The notes beneath the pieces are model-generated. The model worked only from the letters and a program-made list of their open reading frames with translations. It was not told the origin of the DNA and made no database searches. Below, in pieces: positions 1-12,799 of a stretch of DNA of 64,000 nucleotides. The stretch lies in the NCBI GenBank assembly GCA_035084275.1, contig CM068749.1, positions 12,710,001 through 12,774,000 on the forward strand. The letters are read 5' to 3'. Position numbers and translations under genes: made by a program. Numbering within the stretch: position 1 is the stretch's first letter; each line of letters opens with the position of its first letter. Source of the stretch: Hydrolagus colliei. Taxonomy: Eukaryota.

Positions 1-106
1 CCAAATATACAGACAATTCACTTTACCGTATATTTTGTGAAGTGCTTTGAAACATCTAGAAGACGTGAAAAGCTCTATATCAAATGCATGGATTATTATT
101 ATTATT
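1..106 (+). mobile_element. 3' end of tRNA-derived SINE with (ATT)n tail
   Basis: caattcactttac...gtgaagtgctttga...ctatatcaaatgcatggattattattattatt; same 3' sequence as the full copy at 19378-19686. Confidence 0.85.
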
Positions 107-1500
107 GAATCTCTGTTATTTAAAGATTCCCCTTAAAACAGCAAAAAATTCTTGGTTTTCGACATACCCAAAGTTAAGTTTGATTTTCTGGCCCAGATCC
201 ACAATGCACCCATTATTTACACCAGCCAGCAAAAGCTGTATTGCCTTTGTAGTGGCTTACCCTGGTGGGGTGTGGGTGGGGTGTGTGTGTGGGGGGGAGG
301 TGTTGCTTGTCTAAAGTAATACTTAGCATTGTGTTTCACTATAATGGGCATAAATTGAATCCAGTGGTTTATAAGAGATGTATGGATCCTAATATTTGGA
401 AGAGATTATTTTCCTTACTTCAATTCTCTGTTCAAAATGTTGTTACCGTTTTTAAAAATATATTTGGATAGATCAAAATCTGAATTTCGTGACTACCTGA
501 GAATTTAAGCATTTTGATGCAATAAAGGTTTTGATTAAAAAGCAAAATATGATTTAAAAGACTTCTCGAGCAGACATTTGGATATTTTAATCATTGCCAT
601 GTTGTCTGGAGTCACAACATGACAATGATTATAGAAAGTGCCTTTGGATAATATTGTTCCTTTTCAGTGTTCAAATAGGAAATGCATTCATTTCTGAATG
701 CTTTGTTTGTAGGAATGTTTGAAAATATGCAGCATGTCTTTAGGACACTGGCAAACAATGTTTCAGGAATTGTAATTGAACAAGCTTCGCTGAGATTTTC
801 AAAGTCCATTTCATTATTTAAAAAATTTGACTGTGGACAGCACTTTTTTTTCTTAATTGGAATGTAGACAGTAATCCTTTGTGGTAGAGAGCACAGATTC
901 AGTCAGTTGGATTGTGGTTGCTGGGCCTTGTGAATACTTTAGTTTGCCCACTAGGCTGCACTGTGTTATTATGATCTTAGCTCTGTGATGACTGCTGCAG
1001 GATGTACTTTTTTAAAATGAACTTGGTGAAGTTGGAATACGTGCATTTTAAACACCTTTTTATGCTGAACTCTGTTTATTTTTCAAGTTTTGAAAATGAA
1101 AACCAACAACCATTTTCTAGATCATGAAAGAGCTGAAGTGTTCTACATTGTATCACTTGATTACATAAAATTGTTCTTAAGAATGTATTGGATAATAGTA
1201 CATGCCCAGTTTACTATTTAGGGTTGAGAAGAATTTAACAACTTAAGGCAATGTAGTCACCAGCACTCAAATAAATCTTAACATTTTTGATTTAACCCTC
1301 AGATCATCAGCTTCAAAATATACCAGAAAGAAGCAAAGTAAGTATGATGAACAAAAATGGGAAGAAAGCAAGCATTAGAATCTGGTAAAAAAGATGTTCA
1401 TTGGGGATAACAATAGTTTCTTGTGTAGAATTATGTACATCGGAAACCAACAAGAAATTAATATATATGTATACTCAGAAGAAACCTTTGTAATTGAAAA

Positions 1501-1875
1501 CCCTCGCCTTGCCCCACCCTACATCTGCGATCTCCTAACCCCCTAGCAATGAGCGCCCCCCCCACCCCCCACTCTGGCCTGTTCCATGTCCCCCAACCCA
1601 TCCGCTTCACCATTGGCAGGCGAGCCTTTAGCCACTCTGTCCCCACCCTCTGGAATTCCATCCCGCAATCCCTTCGCCTCGCCACCTCCCTGGCCTCCTT
1701 CAAGTCCCGCCTCAAGACCCCCTCTTCAACGATTCCATCGGTCACCCCAAATCCCCCCCTTTCCCTACACCCTCCCTGTCTCCAGCTTGGGTCTGAAACA
1801 ATGACTGTCCAGTGCCTTGGGACATCCTCCTGACGTGAAAGGCGCTATAAAAGTGTAATTTTGTTGTTGTTGTTG
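1501..1875 (+). mobile_element. L2-clade LINE 3' fragment
   Basis: Translation GLFHVP..TIGRRAFSHSVPTLWNSIPQSLRLATSLASFKSRLKT is a typical L2 ORF2 C-terminus; ends in gtgaaaggcgctata...(TTG)n; homologous to 44731-45185. Confidence 0.9.
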
Positions 1876-2968
1876 AATGCGTGCTTTTTGTGTTTTTTAA
1901 AATAAACTACTGATGCTTCAGATGTAGCATTCAAATCTTGGAACAAAATCCAATTGCCACAAAAATCATCTGTTTTATGATTTACTTCAGGAATGTATGT
2001 GAAAAGGCTCAATTAATATTCTGTAAAAATGGATATATACTGTTCTGTGACATGCGAAAATAAGGTTAACATTGCATAGCATGAAATGTTTCTTCAAAAT
2101 GCTCAGATCTGGGTTTGCCAGAGAAATAATTTCTCTTGCTGCACAATGGACTGTTTTCTGTAACATAGCATTCAGGAACAGCAGTGCAAATCCCTGTAAT
2201 CAATCAATCATTGTGAGGCAGCAACTGGGCCAAGGACTGTGTGTTGCAGTGCCAGCGATGACATTCTCGCCAGTGAGTGAGCAAACCAATGATAAAGCCT
2301 TTATTAAATAGCCAAATCTCATAAAAGCTTCCAGTCTCAAATGTGTATAGAAATGTTAATGACTCTCAGCTATATACCCTTGGGGCTGTCCATTGGAAAA
2401 GAGTGGAAGATTGGCTCAGCAAGCTGGGAATGTTGGCTTGAGAATCCTGCAGTGTTATCAATGGGGAAGCCTGGAGCTTACTCCTATTGCAAGCCTGTGA
2501 TGCCTGATTCATTACTGAGCCTGTTGGGGAAGGCTGGAGCATTGGTTGATAGGAAGCCAAAATTTCAAGCAAAGCCATCAGGGAAGTTGAATGCTTTTGG
2601 GATGTCAGTAGTATTCGGAGAGTGAACTCTAATACAGCAGTTTGGAAAGCCTGCACGACTTGTGATGGGGATACTTGTGAGTTGTTCCTTGAATTCTGAA
2701 AGATCCACTATAGTGTGAAATATAAAATTCTGAGTAGTGAAGTCTACCCAACCGAGGTGTTAAATGAGGTCTAAGAGCCTAGTGGCTCCAGTGTGTGTGA
2801 AGATGTGAATTGGGGAGGGGAATTACTTGTTACAAAAATGCAGGACTTCGAAGTAAAGGTAAACTTTCCTTTTTAATAAAAAATATTAACATTGCACAAA
2901 GATTCACCATCAAACTATCCATCGGTGTATACAGTATTTGGAAACATTTTTAAAAGGACATGCTGTTT

Positions 2969-3197
2969 TAATAATAATAATCCTTGCATTTGAAATGGCG
3001 TTTTTCATGTCTTCTAGATGTCTCAAAGCACTTCACAGAATATACTGTAAAGTAAATGGACATAGTCGTGGATTGAGTGATTTTTTTGCTCAGGATTATT
3101 ATCAGGTGTGTGGAGTAAGGAAACTTGCCTATGGTTTCACCTTGCCAGGAATAGAACCCAGGTGTCTTGCTTGCAAGGCGAATGCTCTAACCTCTGA
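2969..3197 (-). mobile_element. tRNA-derived SINE, internally deleted
   Basis: Minus strand reads tcagaggttagagcattcgccttgcaagcaagacacctgggttctattcc (tRNA head with A/B boxes) through to an (ATT)n tail; matches 19378-19686. Confidence 0.85.
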
Positions 3198-3611
3198 TCT
3201 TCAGGACAACACTGGTTGTCATGATGAGGCACAGAACTGGGCCCAAGTGACTCTTACACAATATTTGATGGATTAAATACACAAATGAGTAAGGAAAGGA
3301 CCAGAAATAAAGTACTTTTTGATGACTTATCTGCAACTGAACCCCAATATCCATGCCTTGATTACTTTCTGTCACAATTATCAATTATTAATTGTTTAAT
3401 AGTAGTTTAGGAAAGTTAAAATACATTGGTCCAGCTCAGAGTTATTGGATTCATACTCTGAATTCCAAACCAATTACCAGTCTTTGCCAGTTCACTTTAT
3501 CCCTCTCACCACTCTGAAGACAGTTGTCTGTTGAATCGCCGAAGAAGAAACTCAGGGGCATGGGACAACAGCTGTTGGAAGACATTCCTTGGATTATAGC
3601 TATTCACTCGT

Positions 3612-3822
3612 ATATCCAAAAGGTTGTGGACGCTGGATCCATCCAAACTTTCAAAAGTGAGGTTGATAGATTCTAGGTAGGTTCGGGTGACAGGGATATG
3701 GGGGATAAAGTGTGAAATTGTAAATGACAGGATTAGTTAAGGTACAGATCAGCCATGATCCAACTGAATGGCGGAACAGGCTTGAAGGTCTGAATGGCCT
3801 ACTCCTATTCCTGTGTTCCTAT
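3612..3822 (+). mobile_element. CR1-clade LINE 3' end
   Basis: KVVDAGSIQTFKSEVDRF-like end of ORF2, then the 3' UTR cagatcagccatgatc..gaatggcggaacaggcttgaagg..gaatggcctactcctattcctgtgttcct. Confidence 0.8.
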
Positions 3823-4188
3823 ATTTTGTATGACTGTACTCCCAAGAGTAAATATGTGGCTTTAACTGGTTTAACTCCAGCCATACCCCAACACACACTC
3901 TCGGATTTCCAAGCCTTGGCTCTCACTAATTTATGCCCAATATTCTGGAATTAGATAAGCAGTGTGTGATCCTCCAGGGAGAAAGTGTATATTCCATTCA
4001 AGACACAAATGTATCCATGTGTGGGTGTGGTAGATATGCGGAACTCTATTTGGTATGAATACTCTTAAGCATAGGGATTGATTTTGACAGGCGTCAAGCT
4101 ATACTAAAATACATTTATGCTTCTTTGGCCATTTTGTCCAATTTACAGTCAATAGGCAATTGGAATTTAAATGTTTTCTGTGAATGAA

Positions 4189-4250
4189 AACAACAGCCAC
4201 AAAATTACATTAGTATTGCGCCTTTCACATCAGTCGGACATCCCAAGGCA
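4189..4250 (-). mobile_element. L2 3' tail fragment
   Basis: aacaac..aaattaca..gcgcctttcac..ggacatcccaaggca is the reverse complement of the L2 tail at 1812-1875. Confidence 0.65.
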
Positions 4251-4984
4251 ACCAAACCAGAAGATATCTACAGAATGCAGATAAACTAACTCCTCCTGAT
4301 GTATAAGTGCAATTTTGTTGATGTTGTATTTGGGCCAAATGGCCTGTTTTCTTGCAGTATCACTCTCTGTAACTCTATTAGTGTGCAATGTTTGTTCTTT
4401 AACTCTGGAATTAATTTATTTGCCATCTGACTGGAAAGTCCTGCAGCAAATTCCTATGAGATTTGCATGTTCTATATATAAAAGGAGCTTGATGCTAATT
4501 TTACTCCTGTTCCCTGCTCAGGGAATGTGTTTTCAACTCAAATCAACGTTTACAAGTTTCAAGTGACCAAGATGGTTCTGTGGAGCAGTGCAAAGAACAT
4601 TGTGAAATAATGTGCTGTTTTTAATGAAAACGTGTGAGAAGATGAATCACCCAACCAAGTTGAAATTGTGAAAGCAACGCTGGGGTTTTAATGAGGTCAG
4701 AGACATTGTTTATGTCCTGATTGACATCAGCCGCTCATTCAAGCATTGAGTTGTTTCACAGTAACAAGATTCAATCACATAATCTAATTGTCATGACTTT
4801 CAGAGTGTATCAGTATTATGGGATGCTCATTCTGCAAAGTAGTTTGCCTGATCTGATAATGCTGTGTGTTTGATGATCAGAAAGGGCTTCCTTTTCCAAT
4901 AGAGAATCACAATATCGCTGTCGCTGTTTGATTAACGTTAGAAAATGTAGTGTTGGCCATTTTAATATTAAAACTACAGGGGAC

Positions 4985-5470
4985 ATCAGCCAGTGTGGTT
5001 TAGCTGGTAAACATGGAATTTTAGGCCATATGATTACCGGTTTGAACCCATTTATGCCAAGTTAGCTGATCTCACTCAAAACAGTGTTTGGTGAACTGCT
5101 ATTTCTTCTGGTTTAGGGAGGGGAACTCAACTAGCATTCCCATTCTTGCTAGCTATCTTGGCATCTCTCATGTGTGGATGGACAGGATTGAGTTTGTCTG
5201 CAACTTGATGTCCCTACAGTTGAATATCAGGCCACCATGCAGTGCCCACTTGTAAAAAAAAATACCTTGGTAATGGTGGTAGTACTATGGTAGTACCATG
5301 GTTATGGTGGTAGTACCATGGTACTACTACGGAAACCATGGTACATTTTTACAAGAGTCATGGCAAACGTGTCAATAATGGTTGCTTGACTGATGTATTG
5401 GAGAGAGGTATTCTACTTGTAGAAGGAGAAAGCACTCTAGTGCCCCCAGGAGAGGAAGTGGGGAGGAAGA
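4985..5470 (+). mobile_element. Ancient tRNA-derived SINE (AmnSINE2-like), interrupted by a MITE
   Basis: Motifs gttagctgatctca, ttagggagggg, gtgtggatggacaggattgag, caggagagg; related copies at 25005-25300 (-) and 58710-59010 (+); family name from recall of the consensus. Confidence 0.55.
5249..5355. mobile_element. ~107-bp MITE with terminal inverted repeats
   Basis: Left cttgtaaaaaaaaataccttggt versus reverse complement of right end cttgtaaaaatgtaccatggt; interior made of accatggt/tagtac palindromes. Confidence 0.7.
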
Positions 5471-7532
5471 GAACATTGGGGAGATTATATCAGAGAAAAT
5501 CGTAAACAGTGACAGGTGTTTGTGGTGGTGTCACTGTTGCCTAAAAATGGATAAATTGAAACTTGTAAAGTATCTGCAGAAAATACTAATGCTTACGTTT
5601 GGTATAGCACCTTCTATGTGTATGGGTGAGGGGGGGAAAGAGACGCGTCTGAAAATCCTCCACAGAACATATTGTAATGTGGAATGACTGTTTTGTGGGC
5701 AAAAGCTGGAGCCAACTTGTGGGACAGCAATGTCCCACAAACAACCTTGAATTGGCTGACCGTTTTACTTTGGTGGCTTGTTGGTCAACCTTCCGCAGAA
5801 GCATTGCAATAAAATCATCATAACCATGTCAGGGGAACTGTTGAATGTTTCGAGAGTATTCGAATTGCTTTCTTTTAATATTACCAAAGGGGGTGGCCAC
5901 ATTTGCCGTCATCTGCTTTTATTTCCATGCAGCCTACGTAGGTAATAGAGGGGATGTCTCTTTCAATCCATTTGCTCAATGTGTTTGGTGTATAACAAAT
6001 GCTTTGCCACGCTGCAGGTGTCGTACATTTCCTTTGACCATTAATTCTTCACCCTCTCCGAAGTGCACAGCAGGATTTGCCATCCTGCTATATATTGCCC
6101 ACAGAGTATTTATACAAATGGCTGCGTTATATTTTGCAACCGTAACTTGGTAACTACAGAACTATGGAATGCTGACGAAGGAGAAGACCTTTCTAGGGGA
6201 CTGTGTACCCTTGTGTTAAACAAAAACAAAATTGTGATATGATAAAAGAGCAAAAATGCAAATCAGTAAGCATCTCGCAGATGTTTCTGCTGTGCCTCTT
6301 TTATTACTGTTGCAGACGCATGCCTCAGGGTGAAAGCAGACACAGATATGTTCCCTCTGTTGCGTGGTTGGTATTTATCATTCATCAAGCTCCAACTGCC
6401 TGTTTTACTAAAGAATTTCCTTCCAGTGGTTGCAAAAGATTAAATTCTTAAAGGAAAAAGGAGGCAGAAGATTGCATTGTATTATTCAGAATATGCTGCT
6501 TTTGGTGAGGGTTTTAATTTTGCCACTGCAGTTGCAATAGGTTTCTATCAGTGTGCGACTATATTGTCTCATACAACTGTACTGGCAGATTGCTGTCGCC
6601 CATTCTGCAGGAAAATTCCTCCATGGCAGATGCATGAAAAGTTCAAACAACTATGAAATGTGACCCTTCTCGTTCTTGTCTGGTGTGTTTCAGGGGGAGT
6701 TAGGGTCACATTCCAATTATAAACGGTAAAGCAAATACAGAACATTACGAATTCACATGATTATACTACACACTAAATTCCTCTTTAGGACACAGAGGAT
6801 ATACCCTTATTTTTTGAAATTCTGCTTTTTGTTTTGTTATAACCTTTTTTTTTCAAATTATTCAGTCATGCAGCTGAACGGTTAAAGGGACAAGCTAAAC
6901 AGCACTCCTAACTATATTCAATGTTCATTCTGTGTAGATTGTGCATTTTAATTTGAGATGAATTCTTTAAGATGGTAGCTCAGCTGTAAAGTATTCAACT
7001 ACTAAGTAGAAATGCTGTAAGTTGAATTCTCTGCACTGCCTTGCACTTGAACTTGGTTTCTCAGTTGGATCTGTTTTGTCTGTTCTCAACTGGGCCTCCA
7101 GATGAAATAGCATAAAGAAGTACGTGTTCCATCTGGGGGGCAGGAGTGGGGGAGGGAGAGAAAGACTGTCTGTCTTCTCCATCTTGAATCATGTTTCCTG
7201 CTAGCCAGCCCTTGCTTAATGGCAAGGGTGAATGAAGCCGAGAGCTTAAAGTCGTTTTTGGTGTGTTTAACTGCAGTAAGAGAATTGGTTATAACTGGTC
7301 TGGGTAAAAATAAGCCCAGAATAAAATAAAAGAAGTTGCTTCATTCCATTGTTGTTCTAATATGAATAGTCCTGTAATTCCATAAATTTACATTTTCTTT
7401 TCAAGGAGTATTCCATCATTTCTCTAGAGCTAAGCATAGGCTTGCTCTAATGAAGCTTAATTAGTAAAACGTTTATTTTTAAATGCCATCTGGCATTACT
7501 TTGTATTCTGTATGAGGGCTCAAAACTGGAGA

Positions 7533-7618
7533 GATATATGTGTGTGTGTGTATGTATATGTATATATATATATATCTGTATATCTGTATGTATCTGTATA
7601 TATATACACACACACATA
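7533..7618. repeat. Compound (TG)/(TA)/(CA) microsatellite
   Basis: Directly visible. Confidence 0.9.
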
Positions 7619-8086
7619 CAGGTATCCCGCCGCAACCTCAGCCTCGCCAACCACAAAACTCATGCATCCACGGTTTGTTAAATGCAACAACCCTCGCAAA
7701 CTGCGTTTTGCGCATCCGCGATTTAAATCCACAGGCTTAAATTTTCAAGTTTAGCATAGCGTATAGTACTAGGACCCAGTTGCTATGTCGCAATCAACCA
7801 GTGAGATGTCACTTCTCTCTTAGGATTAAGGTAAATCTCCATTGATTTCTCTCTCTTTCTCTTTCTCTTTCTCTGTGTCTCTCTGTGTCTGCAGACCCTG
7901 GCAGCCAATGCTCCCAAACTTACTCCCCCTATCAACACGTCACCCACCACACCACCTACTGCACACCCCCCAACCACCCTCCGTGTCACCCACCCCCCCT
8001 CACCCTCCGTATCACCCACCCTCCGTATCACCCGCCCCCCGCACCCTTCATGTCACCCACCCCCCAATCCTCCGTGTCACCCACCA

Positions 8087-8123
<37 letters not shown>

Positions 8124-8360
8124 GATCAGTTGATCAGTCAGACAGCCTCGCGGATTGCTGCAGATGCGCCCAAACTTGCTCTCCCTATCCCCATGTAAGT
8201 TATAACTGTATGTGTTTTTTTTGTGTTTTGTTCTACGAAACGTGAACTTACTCCCCGTATCCCCATGTTTCCCATAGGGCCCTGCATTTTCCAACCGCGA
8301 TTTTACCAACCACAGAGGTTTAGAGGAAGGTATCCCACCGCGGTTGGGGAGGGATACCTG
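7619..8360. mobile_element. Non-autonomous Tc1/mariner-pogo (Tigger-like) DNA element
   Basis: TIRs caggtatcccgccgcaacc (7619) and reverse complement caggtatccctccccaacc (ends 8360), 17/19 identical; TA on left flank; no transposase ORF; internal C-rich minisatellite and (CT)n. Confidence 0.75.
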
Positions 8361-9224
8361 TTAACTTCAGTTCACCACATTGGTTTGTGTTCCTGAGACG
8401 GGATATAACAATTATTGACAGAGAATGGTCAGTTAGCATTAAATGTTGGGTACAAAAACTGTCCCACTCAATTCTCATCAGGGCTCGCCAAAACAAATCA
8501 ACTTGTGCATGGTTTAACTTTTTTTAAAAATCTTTATACATTACTTCATGCAGCAAAGAAAGTGACTTAAGAACACTGTAGTGTTGAATGTGCTTGTCAA
8601 TGTTGTCGTAACATTTACTTTATCAATCTCCCACTTCAAGCTTGACTCCAGTACACTTCAGTCTGCATTTTAGAAACTTAGCTGAAATTAACCGGATACT
8701 GATTGAGTAACGGACACTTGTCTTCTTGATAACTGAATGATTTTTCAATGTGAGTTATTCCCTTAATTGGAATAAGCACAAAGTGATGAGATGGATAGTG
8801 CTGATATAGTATCTCTACTTGTGGTGAAGCAAAACAAAAGTTGGTCTCACCCATTAATTGCAATAAATTGTGGTTAAACGGTTAATTTCTCACTGACAAG
8901 ATTCAACAATGCGAGTATGTGACAGAGTGAGTTCGCTTAACCCTTTCAGTTCTGCTGGTGTACATTTTACAATATCCCCTTTTGTTGTTGATCAGTACAG
9001 CCCCGGTTATGTTTCAGATACCAGTGTCAAACTGTCCATTTGCTTGTGGTCAGCACAGGTGAGCACGGCTTGCACTATAATCCGTGTTAAGTGAACTTTT
9101 AACTTGAAAAGATAGAAGGGCAAGTTAACAAAGCTGTTTCATTTTTATTAAATGTTAATGACATTTTGGGGGTTATAAATAGTCACATAGAATATTAAAT
9201 TATAGAGGTAGTGCTACAATTACC

Positions 9225-9665
9225 ACATTTGGTTTTGGACATCTCACCATTGGAAGGATATCAAGGCCATAGAGAGGGTGCAGAGGAGATTGCCCCAATC
9301 CCAAGACGTTACCAGGGTTGAGGTGTTTTGTTTACGAAAGACTAGGGCTATTTTCCTTCAAACAGAAAAAACCCAATGAAGGCTTTTTTTTAATTATTGG
9401 GGAAGGGGTTGATGACTTAAGGGGATAGAAATTATTTCATTGCCTGGTGATATGGTAACTAGAAGGCAAAGGTTTAAAATCGAATGCGAGGAGAGAATGT
9501 TTACGCTAATCATGGTTACACTGTTGAAGCAATACTTGGTGGTGGAGAGAATCCATCAGTTTATTGAAAAGAATTTGCAAATTACCTGAAAAATAGAAAG
9601 GATATGGGTAAAAGACAGAAGAATTGGACTGAATGACGAGCTCAGTCAAAAGACCAGCAGAGACA
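9225..9665 (+). mobile_element. Degraded CR1 ORF2 C-terminal/3' fragment
   Basis: FWTSHHWKDIKAIERVQRR resembles the CR1 motif FWSPxxxKDIxxLERVQRR; later RLGLFS and TRxxRFKI remnants. Confidence 0.75.
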
Positions 9666-10944
9666 TTGCAATAGAAATCAAACATTTATTTTAAAAATTA
9701 TCTTCAAGTATGAATGTTAGTATTTTGACTGTAATAAAGGTACTGTATTTAGGTAGAAAAAGTTCAAGAACAAGTTGATTTAATCTTCCTTGTTATGATG
9801 TCCTCAGAAAACCTTATTTAAAATGAAATTTCTGCTTATGATGGTAATGTTACCAATGGAATGAAATCAAGTGTCTCAAGGTCTCTTCGTGCTTAACTGC
9901 TTCTTCTGCACAATCCAATTGACTGCTTTTTTTCTGAATAAACTCTGAATGTAAAGTAGGCAGAATGTAAATGGGTGTGATTCAGGATGTGAGCACAATG
10001 AATTCTCTGATCAAGCAAGACATTTTTCATTAGAAATTGCAGCAGTTACTACCCAGCTACACAATTTCTTCACAATGACAATGGGATACCCTGACACACT
10101 CGAGTGGTGCAAGTCGGGGTAATTTCATATCTATTTTAATGATAATATTTGATTTTTAAAAATCTGGTTTCTTTGGAAAAATGCTTTTATAGAAATAATT
10201 TTGTCTATCCATGCTGGCTCTGGTAGGAATTGGATCTGATACCTAGAACTTTATCAAATCATCTACTTTCCCATTGATTTTTGTTCAAAAAAGCTATAAA
10301 TCAAAATGTGTTCTCATTCAAGTAGATTCTGCTTGAATTTCCCATTGAGAAACTACATTAAGACACAGCATGACACAGAATAATAGTCTTGTCACCACTT
10401 TTTTTTTTACGAGCATAATCCATTTAAGGAAATACATCTGATTGTAGGACTGATAAGATTGCCAATCTCTCCGAGCTCAGGCATGGACCAAGTGAAGTTG
10501 GATTGCTGCAGCCTCATTATTCTGACCTTTTCACTTACTGTCATAATGCATTCAAATGAGCCATGTTTGTGTGGTTAATATTTCACATTCAGATATTTTT
10601 TGAAAATATATTTCTCTTGCCTAAAACTACCCTTCAATTCAACGGAGCATGCTAAATAGTACTGATTGGATGTTGCAAGAGAACATTTCAACAATGGATG
10701 TCTCATTAGAGCCAAGCACCTGGTAACTATTTAGCTGATGCAGCGCTCTGCTTCGAAGACTATCGATTTCAATGCTTATTAAAATTTAAAAAAATTGAAG
10801 AGTGAAATCTGTGAAATTCTTGCAGCAAACTCAGATTAAATTGGCATGTACCAGTGGCTCTGGTGTTGCCAGCCTTTATAGAATAAAATTGGTAACTGCA
10901 TTTTTACGATTTTTAATTCTAAAACTAATACCTTGAAGCTCCAG

Positions 10945-11090
10945 TGTATTTGAGGGACACTGCTGTGTGCAATTGCTTTCATGTTTTGCCCACAAATACA
11001 CAGTCAATTCACTTAACAGCGTATCCTCTGAAGTGCTTTGAGATGTCTCAAGGACCTGATAAGGCGCTATAACAAATGCAAGGATTATTA
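10945..11090 (+). mobile_element. SINE 3' half
   Basis: gggacactgctgtgtgcaattg...cagtcaattcac...gcgctataacaaatgcaaggattatta. Confidence 0.8.
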
Positions 11091-12611
11091 AATAAATGAA
11101 TTAAAATTATAATGCAATTTATAGCCTTTCTTCATAGTGGATCTCAGAAGTATTTGCATGCAAAATGTATGGTTTGAAAAAAAACTTGGTATTAATGGAG
11201 TGAGGGAAAGCTGTGAGGTTTCATTTCTGACTGCTTTTCAAACATAGTGGCTTGAGTTGTTATTGATGTCAGAAAACGTCAGCCTCAACAAATATGACCT
11301 CTCAATGTATGCATTATGTTTTACATTACACAAATGTGTAATTGTATTAAACATTGAATGATAAAGGGTGAATTTAACAGGGTGATTGGTGTTTGTGGAA
11401 GTGTATGGTAGCAAGGGAATGGTACAAGGAACAAACAAACCTTGTTTTTCTTTCAGTCACTATTCAGTTAGATTTGAAGCCACGGCAGTAAATAAATTTT
11501 TAGTCATGCTCATTGTTCCATGCAATCCCAAATTTACACATATTGCCTGACTGTAACTCAAGTCTAATGGGTCATAATTTGATCCCCTGAATGTGCTATT
11601 ATAAAGTTTGACACCTAAAGATTTTAGCCTCTGTTCCAAAATATCAGCAAGGCACATTTTCATTATCAGCAATGCCTATTTGAAAGGTTACAGTCATTCC
11701 CCACAAACACTTCATTATCGTGTTCGGATAAGAGCTGCAGTGCCATCTGGCACTTGCTGAAAGTGAGGAAGACTGGAGAAATGTTAAGGTAATCTATAAT
11801 GTCATTTTCTGTAGCCTCTTCATTGTATTATTCAGCAGATCTCTTAGGAACCCTCCACCACAGCCTCTTAGAGATGATGATTACCTACTTTGATGCTCAG
11901 GACTGAAGGAGTTTTAAAAATATGAGAGGTCGAACTTTGAAAATAGTCAGATATGATAGCTGTAAGCCAAGCTCGTAAAAATCTAGTAAAATAATACAAT
12001 TCAGAAAGCTTTGCAACCTGACCCAAATAGGATCTTTGGGTGCTTAAGTTGGTTAATTTGAATGTTTCCTTTATGCTTCAGGTATTGTTGCAGAAACACC
12101 TGATACCTTTTTGGTGTGTTCGCCCTTCTTTGGGAGTGATGTGGTGTTTTAGTGGGGATTTAAATTTTTTTCCCCCATAATATATTTTGAGAATGGGTGT
12201 TAAAATGATGCAAGTAAGACTATGCATAACAGTATTTACAAATTATAGGTGTGTTATTACTGTCATTCTACCTTCAATGCGTCTGCACTTCACTGCTGGG
12301 GGGAAATGTAAGAGTTTTATTGAGTGGATTGTAGTATAGAGAAAGCCACTTTACAAACAGTTATTTTTAAAAATATATATATTTTATTGAGTTTTCTGCA
12401 TTAAAACTTCAGTACAGAGCAGTGGAGAATAAGTCATCACATTTCGAACCCAGCCTCTTTCATAGTAATGTACAGACTTCTTAATAAATGTTTTCCCTTA
12501 TGTTTCATGCAGAATTATAACACTGATCTCGCTGCACAGACTTCCCTGGATTGCACATGATGGTTCTGGAATTCTCCAACTTTGGAATTGATGAAGCAGT
12601 TGCTAAAATCT

Positions 12612-12694
12612 GGGCCACAGTTGCATTCATTGTTCAGCGAGCTTTACCTCATAGTTAAACCCACCGACAGCAATGAATGTTGATTGTGACCTTT
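12612..12694 (-). ncRNA. mir181b: pre-miR-181b hairpin (mir-181b-1-like)
   Basis: Reverse complement of 12659-12681 = AACAUUCAUUGCUGUCGGUGGGU (canonical miR-181b-5p); 3p arm CUCGCUGAACAAUGAAUGCAA (12641-12621); flanks AAAGGUCACAAUC and CUGUGGCCC as in mir-181b-1. Confidence 0.97.
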
Positions 12695-12799
12695 GCTGGG
12701 ACTTGCTTCATTTTTGGATTCCCTTAAATTACCTGTAATGATTGTGTGAGCATCTGCCACAACAGATAGGCTCGGGCAAGCTCGCCCAGAAGCAGGTGA

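Noticed and set aside
11741-12560. Plus-strand coding exons (LAESEEDWRNVK spliced to NYNTDLAAQTSLDCT*)
   Set aside because: First segment lacks a polypyrimidine acceptor and has an in-frame stop just upstream; no known homologue
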